This document shows, piece after piece, positions 25,523 to 37,730 of a stretch of DNA of 64,000 nt. The notes beneath the pieces were generated by a model. It was given only the letters and a program-made list of their open reading frames with translations. It was not told the DNA's origin and did not search any database. The stretch spans positions 24,728,213 to 24,792,212 of the forward strand of contig OZ234493.1 of assembly GCA_965153455.1 (NCBI GenBank), written 5' to 3'. Both the position numbers and the translations under genes were made by a program. Every line of letters begins with the position of its first letter. The first letter of the stretch is position 1. This DNA is from Sphagnum compactum (taxonomy: Eukaryota).

Positions 25523-27744
25523 TATATCGAGTGTTTTTTATATCGAGTCAATATATAGACAAGAAAGAGATCACATGAAACTTGTACATAATAAATGATA
25601 TTGTTCATGTCTACAAAATACACAAAAAACCACCATTAAACACACATAACTTCTTTCAAAATGAAAAAAACCACACAAGATTTCTTCAAACTACAAAACA
25701 AATTTGATGGAAGAAAAATGAAGGGTACTACTTATCGAACCAAGTGCGAAGCTGTGTATTTGAACCAAAACAAGCCTTAAACTTATGCTTTGTATGCACC
25801 TTTTTCATGAGAGATTTGTTTTGCTTTGTTATGGGTTCTCCTTCAAAGCATTTTATGAACTCAAACACAAAACTATGTATATGAAACATTGTAGATACAA
25901 AATAATGCACATAAAATTTAGGGCATCAATAACATCAAAGATGTTTCTTGACTAGTAGCAACACAAACACATAGTATTTCTAAATTAAAGAACAAATGAT
26001 GAGAAGTTTGTTGAAAAAAAATGAACTTAGTAGTATGAGCTTACCTACAAGTGCAAAGCTCCGTCTTGGTATACACAATAATAAGCCTTAAACTTGTGTT
26101 CTACATGCACATTTTTTTCACACATTTTTTTTTCAATTCGTTCTAGGTTTTTTTTTTTTGGGTGTTCTGTTAAATCAAACATAAAACTGCATACAATAGT
26201 TTGCATACAAATGTTGCTAAAAATTAAAATGAACATATCAAACATACATGAACAATAAACAAAGAAGGTAGAAATTTCTTGTAGTTACATTATGAGCAAA
26301 TTAAAAAACAACATGCTACACGGTGTCACAAGTGTTAACCAAACAACAAGCAAAATGTCATACACATTTTCCACAAAGATGCATGAGAAGCTATAATGAA
26401 ACCTATGTTGCCATGCCTTAACCCTATTTTGCTAACATTGCAAATGATGTCATTGAGTACAATGGTTTATTTGACATTTTCCCCCAAAAATCATCATTTT
26501 CCATTTTTGACCACATGCAAGCATTTGTTATTCACCATATTAACCATTTTTTAGTGAAGGCAAGTCTTTTAAATGATCAATTTACTTGTGTGTATGATTA
26601 TGAAGGAGTTCATTTAAAATCCCCAAAAAAGGAAACATATTATTTGACCTTAATTTATTTGTGGAATTTTATTATTATTTTGTGATTTATTTTATTTTAT
26701 TTTGGAAAAACACATTTTCTTACAATAAAATGGAAAAAATAAATCTTATAATTCATTGCTTTTGGAAATCAAAAGAAAAAAACGGTTCATTTTTTCATTT
26801 GAGGTTGATATATGTGCATTTCAAAGCACTAATCATTCCATCATTTGGTCTTGGGATCTTCAGAATGGGATTATTTAAGGTTTAACTTGACTAAACCCAA
26901 AGTCAATTTAACAACTCAAGATTTAATCGCTAAAAAATTGTTAATTCACAAAACGAACACCAATCTAGCCATCTATATCTCATTCTTGTCCATCAAAAGC
27001 TTGAAATATTTTTTAATAATTGAATTTATGGTCATTTGAAGGGCTGGAAGTCAAATCGCCAAAATGATCTCCAACCCCTTAATTGTCCAATAAAGAGGTA
27101 AAATAAGTTATGATAGAAAAGCTTGATGTGTCATTGTAAAGTTATTCTCAAAGGTTACAACTTTTCTTTTAAAACTCTCAAATTGGAATTGAAATTAGAA
27201 AGTTAAAAGCTTGCAAAATGGCAAGATTTGTAAGTTGACAATTTTGGCACTCTCGCTTTCACCTTGAATTTCTTTTTAAATGTTATGTTCACATGAATAA
27301 ATTCTTGATTCAAAATTAAAATTGCATATATGCCTTTGAAATTTAATCTATAAATAATCAATGACATTATTTTATTTTGATCACTCGTATGAAGATTCTA
27401 GTGAAAACAAAAAAAATTGATTTCAATTTTAAAAAATCAATAGATTACACAAAAAAAAAATTCAAATGAAAATTGAAATACATTTTATGATGTGTTTGAT
27501 TTTTTATCTTTTGACCAAACATTCAATTCCTTTAAATTTTGGTTAATTGAACAATCTTTCAACATAAAAATTAACTTTATATCTCTTATTGTACGAGTCT
27601 TTTCTACAAATCATCCAATTGTGCATTAAAAAGAAACTATAATTGCAAATAAATGATCATTTTCTGAAATGTTTTTGAACTAATTTCAAATAAATTTTGT
27701 ACATAAAATAATTTGAACATACCAACAGTTGGTAACTTTTTAAA

Positions 27745-28465
27745 ACTTGCTATTGGACCTTTAAGAAATTCATACCAGCTTGCTATTGGTATTGGATCTC
27801 TTTAAAAAAATGCATAGGTACAGCCTGATATTGGGATTGGATCTGTTTCAAAAATTTCATCCCAGTATGATATCAGTTATTGGGTCTCTTTGCAAAATTT
27901 CATACCAGCATGATATTGGTATTGGATCTCTTTAAAAAAATTCATACCATCACATTGATATTGGTATTGGATCTGTTTTATAAATTTCATACCAGTATGA
28001 TATCAGTATTGGGTCTCTTTTCAAAATTTCATACGACCATGATATTGGTATTGGATCTCTTTTGAAAAATTCATACCAGCACATTGATATTGGTATTGGA
28101 TCTCTTTAAAAAAATTCATATATTGGTATTGGATCTCGTTTCAAAATTTCATACCAGCATGATATTGGTATTGGATCTCTTTTGAAAACTTCATACCAGC
28201 TCAATGATATTGGTATTGGATCTCTTTTGAAAAATTCATACCAGCTCAATGATATTGGTATTGGATCTCTTTAAAAAAAATTCATACCAGCATGATATTG
28301 GTATTGGATCTCGTTTCAAAATTTCATACCAGCATGATGTTGGTATTGGATCTCTTAAAATAACATCCTACCAGCACGATGTTGGTATTGGATCTCTTAA
28401 AAGAATTTCATACCAGCATGATATTGGTATTGGGTCTCTTTTCAAAATTTCATACCAGCTTGGTA
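27745..28465. repeat. ~42-bp tandem repeat array, ~17 copies (TTTCATACCAGCATGATATTGGTATTGGATCTCTTTTCAAAA)
   Basis: Head-to-tail high-identity copies with no unique spacers. Confidence 0.95.
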
Positions 28466-31400
28466 CAGCGCCTGTGAAGCATACTTCCTCAAGACATACT
28501 GAGTGAGGGTGTATATTATCGCTGGCTTCAACCCCTGTACAATATCAGGTTGGCAGAACTAGGGTTGAGCATACTGGCTGGCTCTATACTTCCTTTGTTC
28601 TTGCTGTAATATACTTGCTGTGTGGACTCTTACTTCTTGATTAATGCTGACTGGGTATGGCTGGTTCAAGTGTGTAAGCTGGAGAAATGCTTGGATAAGC
28701 TTTTTCTGCTTCTTATTGATCATTTTCACATTCATGATTTCCTGATGTAACTCAGTGGTTGAGTAAGCAGAAAGTTTGACAACACTGATTTCGGCTATGT
28801 TATATATCTTGCTTGATGCAAAGCTATGGAGATCAAGTCCGGGGTTCAATTAGACCCACTGCTTGTGCACTGTCTTCTGCCCCTGTAATCTAGAGAGCTT
28901 TCTTACATCTGAATATTGATTGTTCAGTGTTTAGTTTGCCCCTATTGAACTACTAGTCCCGATGTCAGCTCAACTGACATTTTCGACATGACAAAGTCTT
29001 CTCACTCATCACTGCTATCCATGCAGGCAGGCTGCAGCGGCTACCAACTGTATTCTCTGTTATGCAGGATCCATGATCTGCACTCTCATCAGCCTCGGTT
29101 TCGGCTACATTGGGGCAGTTTGGTCACAAGTGACAACAGGAATGAATTCTCCCCGGCAATTGTGAGTTTTCTGCCAGACTTCCAGCATTTCCATGGCGCT
29201 ACAGCACAATGAGAAACCGCCTCGAATTGCGAGACATAGACACGAGTGGTTATCCACCACTGCTTGGGAGCTGCTAAGTCATGTCATGACTTTTGGTTAT
29301 ATGTATCCGCCATAATACATGAGATGACTTTATAATTCACATAAAGTCATGACGGTGCAGCAGCAGCAAAGCTTTGTTTCCTGCTGTCAGCTGGAGCCTG
29401 GTTGCAGAGCTGCTATGACAAGTAGTGGTTGGTCGCATACGAAGTAGGCGGCAGCAGCAGCAGCAGCAAAGTACTTGTACCTCGCATCTAGGATGTGACT
29501 CTATCAGTTTGCATGACGCAATCAATTTTACTCAGTTTTTGTACAAAGAGTTCCGGAATTCACTGCGGAGCTCGCCAATCAAGAATGTCCTAAATGACAG
29601 AAAGCTCACCACTTAAGTAAGTACGTAGTGCTGACGCCATAACTAATAAAGTCCATTATTGTGGCTCTAATTATTTCGTGCTGCACTTTGCTTTGGACTT
29701 TCAAAACTTAGCAAACTGAAACATCTTAGAAATAAAAACTAAATTGACTACAGCAATTAGTACAGACCAGACCACTAGTGTATATGCCCACATTTTTTTT
29801 ATTTATGACCAGGCCGAAACCACTACACTCCAGTGTAGGATGCATCTTTAGGGATATATAATCTCGTCATGAAATTTTTTTGCCCTTTGATAGGTAACAT
29901 TAGTATAATAAGTCATGACAAAGTGCTATTTAAGTTTCACCAGCCTTAGCAAACTGTGCAAAAGTGTTGGGCAAAAACTGTTTTGCTGAGCCAAACCAAT
30001 ATGTTCTTAATGTTTTCTTCGTCTAATTTTATTTGCAGGGTCACTTACTGAGTGGAGTTGCTCTAAATGAAAATTAGAGACAAAATATAGAACATAAGAA
30101 TATAAGCTGGTATCTAGCCATTGGAACTCATTCCCTGATCAAGTCTATTGGTGTTGAAAAACTGGGTTCCCCCTGACAGAGAATTTTTTCCTCTTTTTAT
30201 GAAGGGGTTTTTTTAATAAAAAAATCATGGCAAAAATTCCTTTAACTCTCCTCCTCATAAAAGGTGACTTGCCTACAGTTTTGATGTGCCAGAGAAGTAC
30301 TTCTTGTTGATTGAGAGCCAGCTTCAATGATGAAACCCTGCCAAACTTTATGAAAAGAAAGCACCCAAGAAAGGGAGAGAAAAAAGGGCCAAGGACCAAA
30401 GTCCAGGCGAGCAAACAACCCAAAAGAGGCAGCCCGACAAGGAGGAAAGGGACCCACTAAGAACCGAACCCTTCACCAGTCACATGAAGTATATCAACTA
30501 AAGAGAGAGAGGAGGTAAACCCCATAAAACTCCAAGCCTAGAAGAACCCTTCCATACAGTAACAGCTTCAAGGCCACACCAAAAAGTTTTAAACTTATTG
30601 ACAGGCGAAGAAAATGTTAGTAAGCGTTCTCAGCAGGAGCATTTATTGTTTTCCATCTTCTTACATTACCGTCTTTCTTACAAACAAAGGCTGCCTGGCC
30701 TTTGTTTGTTATCGTCTTTCTTTCTCCCTGTGCCGTGCCGTGAATTGAATTGAATTGAATTGTATTGAATTGCTTTGCAGAGTTTTGAGGTTGCTACAGT
30801 ATTTCAAAAAACTCACGTAAGCAACTACCTTATGGCAATTATATTCCAATTAAACACTGCAGTGGAATCCTGCCTAGGCTGTAGGATTCGGTGCAGCTAC
30901 TTGAGGTGATGTTCCATGTGCCTGTTCTTTCAGATTCTATGTTAGATAGGGAAATGAAATAGTGCAAAGGGCTTGTATTCTGCAGCAATTTAATTAATAC
31001 CAATGCTGTCACCTGTTTCCTCGTGGACATTTTGCCTCAGATGGAGTTCAAAACTACGTACATACTTCCATCTGAACACCTGCAAATTTTTCAATTATTA
31101 TTATTATCGCCACTTTCTGCAGATATCATTTAAAATTGGAGCTTTACATCTTTCAAAAAAAACGCATCAGTGCTGACGGCAGCAGAACTTGAATTGAAGA
31201 CTATTCATTTAAAGAAGATTTGAGCAATCTTGCAGCTGCTCTTGGTGTCGACAAAATTTGGACATGACTAGAGGAAGGAACGGCATGTAATTCAATGACA
31301 GCAGCTTGGAGACTAGGGGCTAACTGGAGACATTATTATATGTCTGCAGTGCGTTGTTGGTTTCAGTCGCCTCAATCCATTCATTGTTGAAAGCATTATA

Positions 31401-32247
31401 ATTCCTTGTTTGTTTGTTACTGGCTTTTTCCCACCCACCTTCTCGTTCCTAAAGCATCTTCCATTCTAAATGCCGCCTCATGAGCTTGGAAGCAGTTTCT
31501 CATGGACGCTTGAGACGGATTTGCAATCACAGGGAGTTTCTTTTCCAATAACTTCGCATGTACACACTACACACACACGATGCACATTGACAAAAATAAC
31601 CTCTGATCGGCCTACTGAAACGGTTTCCATATTCTCATTATGCTGTGCAGGAATGACATGACACTGAGTCACTTGTCACTTCTCTCATTGAGATGAGATT
31701 GATATGGGTTTCAAGCTTGATCTGCTCATGATACACGAAAGATGAATATTATAGTTCCTCTATTGAGTTGTTGCAAGCTTTGAGTACAGTGATCGGGACA
31801 TCTTTTCAAAGATATATGTATGCACTTGAGAAAACTACAACCAATTGCAGATCTGTGTGCTAGCTTGAATTTTGCATCACCTGTCATGCAATCAAGAATA
31901 CCACAGTTCCCATTGCATTTGCTGGACGTACACTGCATTTCAACCTTGGCCTGCTCATAACATGCTACGCAAGATATTAGCTCAAAACTGGACTGCAGCA
32001 ACTGCCAGCTGCTTCAGATAACACGCAAGTCTAGGACAAACAAGACTTCACAATATAAACAGATATTTCGTAGACTACAGCTACAGCACTGCTCCTGTGA
32101 GAGAGGAAGAGAAGTTAGCGTTTGCCAGCTGCCTGCATACTGAGTTTTCTCCTGCGCGCATTAACATGCGTAAGCACTCTAGAAATCAACAATCCCTGCA
32201 GTATGAGTTCCTAATAACACACACGCACCTGAGAATTGGGAATACAA

Positions 32248-32353
32248 TGCAGGATGTGATATTGGCGCGGCTCAATCTGAGGGCGACGCCAAAGCTCTAG
32301 CATCGTCATCTAATTGAGCACCACCAATATCACATACCGATGACGTATCTGCA
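32248..32353 (-). ncRNA. MIR171: MIR171 precursor hairpin; mature miR171 UUGAGCCGCGCCAAUAUCACA at 32255-32275, star arm ~32311-32336
   Basis: Reverse complement of 32255-32275 equals the recalled moss-type miR171; the complementary arm TATGTGATATTGGTGGTGCTCAATTA lies ~35 nt 5' on the minus strand; non-coding context. Confidence 0.93.
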
Positions 32354-32739
32354 ATTGGCAATGCCGGCGTCTTCACGTGTTGTGTAACCTCGACAGTGAG
32401 ATCACTAGAGAAATGTTTTTTCCACTGATCGAAGGTCAATACCCAAAGATGTCGAGCTGATGAGACTAAACGTTCTCGAAAGCTCTATTAGCTTGCTGAC
32501 ATCGATTCTTTCTGTCAAACTTCACGTAAAACTCTACTCATCTGATTAAGTTCGCCCAGCCCAAATCGACTTGAAACGGCTCATTTCCTCAGGAGGTCTC
32601 TCTGCTCGAAACCAAACAAGACGTGGCTCATGATGATTACTAAGCTCCAACAATGTAGCCGCAGTGGCAAACGAAACCGATTCGGTATTGTCTACAAATC
32701 CCTGTGGGCCTGTGGATCAAAGGAACATTCCCAAACCAC

Positions 32740-32752
32740 AGAGAGAGAGCTC

Positions 32753-32790
<38 letters not shown>

Positions 32791-32840
32791 AACGATGAAG
32801 AGATTGCTGCTAAAGTATGTTTCCCTCTTCTTATAAACTA
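32740..32840 (-). promoter_or_regulatory. Putative MIR171 core promoter: TATA-like TTTATAA (~32831-32837) followed by a CT-rich leader / (GA)n microsatellite
   Basis: TATA-like motif and (TC)n tract ~450-500 bp upstream of the hairpin on the minus strand, typical of plant Pol II 5' ends. Confidence 0.5.
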
Positions 32841-33524
32841 GTTTTCAGGTGAAATTTTTACTAACTCCTTAGTGTAGGGTAAAGTCCTCAGCTGGCCAGG
32901 CGAGGGCATTACCGAGCCTAAAAGCACCTGGCCAATTTTTTTGGCTCTGCCCTGAAGAGAGTAGAGACACTGTGATGCACCTACAAATGAGCCAAAGTTT
33001 GGTATCCCTACATTCTAAGGCCATGTGAAGTCCACTATAGGAACATTCCTGAAGGATCCACTTGGGCTTCACCATGGGAACTACCATGTGTTTCTAATTT
33101 AGCATGTTGAATACTAATATATAAGGATGTCATTTTAAGGGCAGAGCCATTCAGCGACAAGCCATTTGTTTTTTTCATCCTCTCCTGCAACAGAAACAAA
33201 AAAAAAAAAAAAAAAAAAGGTTTTTCAAAATGCCCACCCTTTGCAGAGGAAAAATTCTGTGTAGTTACTAAACTTTACCTGGTCATCTTGTAAGGGCATG
33301 GAATTGCCCGGTTCTCTGTCCTTACTTACCATACCATAACAACCTCGAAGAGAATTCTTAGTGTATTTATAGGACAGATTACATTTAGTAATCAGGCTTA
33401 CCAAAAGAGCCGTAGGGTGTAGGGTGTGAGATTGTAAGGTCCTTAGGGCGCAGGATGTAAGCCAACAAGATGTTTGCAAAGAAATTTTTTTATAAAAAAC
33501 CATTGATTACCTAAGTTGTTACAC

Positions 33525-33596
33525 AGGGTAAGGCCCTGCTCACAGGGTGGACCTCGGTGCTCACATAATAATTCCCTGATAGCAGGGCCTTACCCT
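33525..33596. repeat. 72-bp inverted-repeat element (16-bp perfect arms AGGGTAAGGCCCTGCT / AGCAGGGCCTTACCCT), MITE-like
   Basis: Perfect 16-bp arms plus an inner CAGGG/CCCTG pair; no clear TSD. Confidence 0.6.
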
Positions 33597-33612
33597 ATAC
33601 AGCAAAAAGCCT

Positions 33613-33732
33613 AAGGACGATGAAGCGTATTCTATAAATCTTGTACAGACATCAACACAATCTAAGTGCATAAAGGACGATGAAGTGTACTCTATAAATC
33701 CTACAGAGACACCAACACAAGCTAAGTGCATA
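33613..33732. repeat. 60-bp tandem duplication
   Basis: AAGGACGATGAAG..CTATAAATC..CAACACAA.CTAAGTGCATA occurs twice. Confidence 0.85.
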
Positions 33733-36700
33733 TAATAAGGGGACCTGCTAAGACAAAACACCACCCCATGCCATCCTACAGACTCTGCTGAAGCTAGAGA
33801 CTGTCTGTCAGCAACTGAGGAGGAGGTAACTTCCTTGAGCTGTCACTCCATGCATAGAGTGGGTGAGTTGAGTACTGAGGTTTGCATCTGGATGGAGGGC
33901 AGGTGAAGTCAGTTGGCCTGGTACGAAAGAGACCGCCGACTGACCCAGGTAGAATCAAAGCTCTTAAGGATGTTCTCTTTGTTGCATCCCTTGTTTTTTG
34001 TTACATGTTTCTGTGTGTGTGTGTGGGGGGCGGGGGGGGGGGGGGTTTGTCGACCGGTTTCTCCTGTCGTCTCTTCTGGGGTTGCAGCTGTCACACTGAT
34101 CAACAGTGAGCTAAAAAAGAAGTAACTTGGCTTAGAAGGAGCTCCAATGCTGAAAGTTTAAGCGATACTGGACTGATTATGATAATTTGGGTTCCTGCAG
34201 CAAGTAAAAATTTATGAACAGTGTGTAATTAAGCTGGTGAACACTGAAGATGTAGATGTTCTTCCTGTAGATTCGAATTTCCACTGTCCATGCCCCCAAG
34301 ATATGGTCATGTACTTATAATGCACTTGCTGGCAGTTGAATACAGCCAGTTTCTGTCAAGTAATTGGGGAAGTCTGGAATTAGTAGTTTCCTACCAGTAC
34401 CTACTCACTTTGATTTATTGGAGAGAGGGAACTTCAGTACCTAATGAAGATGAGGCAGATTGTTTTGAAGCCACTGGGTCGAGGCGGGATTCTCGTTTTT
34501 TGTTGTGGCAGTACGTACCACAGTGTCTGATGAGATCCGTTATTTGTTAGAGACACACACACACACACACACACAAAGATGGGAACTCCAGAAATTCATT
34601 CCAATGCCCCAATCACTGAAGTCTGCATAATGAGTGCACCCATTTACTTCATGTGTGCAAGCCCAGTTGGCACAGTTACAGCGTACACTGGATTATATTT
34701 GAGCATTAAACTATTCACCTCACAAACCATTAATACAAATCACAAGTACTGATCCAGACACACATGAAGAAGGTTCAAGGGGTGCCATGGATGATGTGTG
34801 TGTTGAGAGTAGGAAGTGGTGTCATCTTGTTTAATGTTTTGGCATAATTGATTCTCAAGGTTCATTGTGAACTCCCTGTTGGCCATAGTACAAATTTCTT
34901 TGCTATGGACCAGCCCAGTTCACTCACTTGGTTTGTTTGGTCATCTCATGGATTTTACTTCACATGGCCAATCCTTCATATTGGCCTTGCCTACCAAGGC
35001 AATGATATTGTGTTTAGATTCACTATAGAGTGTAGTAGCTTAAGGGATTTTTATAGGCCCCTAGGTAATAATAATAGGTCTATTTTTATTATATGAGGAT
35101 TTTTGAAAGATGACATTTTGGCTTGTGTTGAAACTTGAGATCAGTTACAGAGTTATCATATCTTGAAGGTTTTTGGTTTCTTTTAGAGAATTTTTTGAAG
35201 ATTCTATCTTTGCATGATGAAATATTTGAGTTTCCATAATTCTTCTTTTGCCTTAAGACACTTTTTATTGTAAATGGCAAGGCCAAAGTGTGACGCACCC
35301 CTTGTTTTAGATGTATTTTGTTTACTCGGAATGAACCGGTTTCCATTAAGAAGTCCAAGGGTAATATATATGTATATGAAAATAAGGTGACAAGTTCATC
35401 CTGAATTTGTTTGCATCAAAGTTCCCATGATATTGAAATTGAGTAGGGTAACACCCCAGGTTGGGGGCATTCCCTAAATAAAGGGTGTAGGATGAGATGG
35501 TAGTTGAGTCACATGTGAGGAGTGATCCCCCAACCCATGTGCCTTATCCATTGTAAAGAATGAAAGAATGAGTTAAACATTATGATGAGCCTAAAGATAT
35601 CCTACAAAAGAAGGCCTTTTACATTTGGAGGCATAATGTGCCTTGTCTATTAAGATGCTAAAGCTACAAGATGCATCATGAGTTCTGCAAAGCCACAAAG
35701 TTGTTATAATATATGTTCCCAAGGCAAGCCTTAAACATCTCACTTTTATGTTCCCACAAAAATAGTGTTTTCAAATCCTATTCCCTTCAATGTTCCAACA
35801 TTCTTAACAATTTATGTTCCCACAGTTCTTTTAATCTTTATATAGCTCACGTTGTTTAGTTTTCTGTTCATCTAAAAATGGGATGATGCAATGAAAACTA
35901 AACAACTTAAGCTACCCTAGGGTTTGGCTGAGGTTATTTGCCCAAGTATTGGGGTGATATAGAATAAAAATACATCCATGTAAGCAAATTAGCCAATAGG
36001 TTCCCTGTACTGAAAGAGTTGGCAATTTTTTCCCTTTGTATTTGGAGGTCCCTTGTCAAGCATAATATTTGCCAGGCATCCTTTGCGGTCGAAGAATTCT
36101 TATGATGTGTAAGGTTTGTGCTCTGATTTATTCGTTGATGAAGAAAGTAAAATATGAATGAAAAAAAATTCCTGTTCATTATGCTGAATAAATGGCATCC
36201 CTCTGGCTCTTCCATGCTTTTGGGTAAGAGCACAAGGGCCGTAAAGTTTTTGGGTAAGGGCACTCGGGCTACCACCCTCATGGTGGTGGGACCTCAAAAC
36301 AAGGAGCCCTTAGATTGGTTCCTGAAGGGCTGTATTGACATAGTTATCCATAAAAGTACCCAACAATAGGGACAAAAACGGCCCGATTGGGCCAAACATG
36401 GGATGAGAATAAAAACGAGGATTGTCACATGGAATGAGGAAAATGACGAGGTTTGAAACTAGTTTTTGCACCAAAATCAATGCAAAAAACTAATTTCATC
36501 CCCAATATTCATTTTTCCTGTGAAGGAGCTCAACAAGCTCAAGTTTTTTCTTAACTTGTTTTGTCTATGTACGAGGGCATAAGAGCTTTTGAGCAAGTGC
36601 GAAGTTGTGAACATTTTTTGAAAGTGCTTTTCTAAAAGAAAAAATACCATGATTGTGAAAGATGAGGTTTTATGACCATGTGAAAGCAATGAACGTGAGC

Positions 36701-37435
36701 ATGAAGCTCACATGGCAAGAACAAGGAGTGCAAAAAGCAACATGCAACAAGAGTGTGATGCTTCGGTGATGGCGTGGAGTAATTCATTAAAAATAAGGCC
36801 TCGTATTTTCAATTGTTAGGGGTTGACATTGTTAAATGAAGTGATTATGGTGTAAAGTTGGATTGCATGGTGTGTTCAATTTTTTGGATTCAAAGGCGAG
36901 GAATAGGTTTTCATTTGAATTGTTCAATCTCCAAATTGCATTAGAGATGGTGTTAATTGAAAATTGTAGGGAAGGTAACAATATCTTTTATAATTGTCAT
37001 ACCTTACATTTCAATATCCAGATGTTTTCCTCTAGTTGATATGGTCTATGTCCAATTTTTGTTAAAAGCTTTGTGAGCTTATTTAAAAGTTGATCGCCAC
37101 ATGGTTGATCGCACTCTCTTTACATTCCTCCATCAAAACTTGACATTTCCATTAGAACTTTTATTTCATTAATCCCAAGATGAAATTTGTCACAATTATA
37201 CATTTACAATGCAACCTACAAGCATTTTGTTGCCTTCTTTCTTGGATGTCTTCATCATGCCCACATCTTGCCATGCATTCCCATGACCACCTCCATGTTA
37301 TGGTGTTTTTGTGAAGTAAACAAGGATCTTTATTGTTCAATTTGTGTTGATATACATTTGTGATGTGGAATTGGTTAATCGAAAGGACCATTAATCTTTG
37401 TGACTAACCATCACTTAGTCCCCCATGATGATATG

Positions 37436-37730
37436 TCATGCCACATGGCAGCAAGGTGTTGCAAGTATAGTTAATATCATTATATGGGCATGCCATGTGG
37501 CAACAAGGTGTTGCAATTATTGTCAATGTCACGACTGGGACATATCACATAGCAACAAGGTCTTGTGGCTATTGTTAACATCACAACTCAGGCATGTCAC
37601 CTAACAATAAAGTGTTGCAACCATTGTCAAATCATGGTTCAAGGTGTTCCAACTATTGTCAACATGTCACAACTTGGACATGCCACATGATGACAAGGTG
37701 ATGCAACTACAATCAACATCATGATTTCCA
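37436..37730. repeat. Diverged ~52-bp tandem repeat (CATGCCACATGGCAACAAGGTGTTGCAACTATTGTCAACATCAC..), ~5-6 copies
   Basis: Recurrent CAAGGTGTTGCAA core at ~52-bp spacing. Confidence 0.75.

Noticed and set aside
27745..28465. CRISPR-like appearance of the 42-bp array
   Set aside because: No unique spacers, no cas genes, eukaryotic context; it is a tandem repeat.
29270..29368. Possible second miRNA hairpin (GTCATGACTTT..AAAGTCATGAC)
   Set aside because: Only ~11 bp of firm pairing, partly a self-palindrome; no match to a miRNA family I recognise.
30180..30590. Possible LINE 3'-end fragment on the minus strand
   Set aside because: A-rich tail-like end only; no recognisable RT or endonuclease motif and no TSD.
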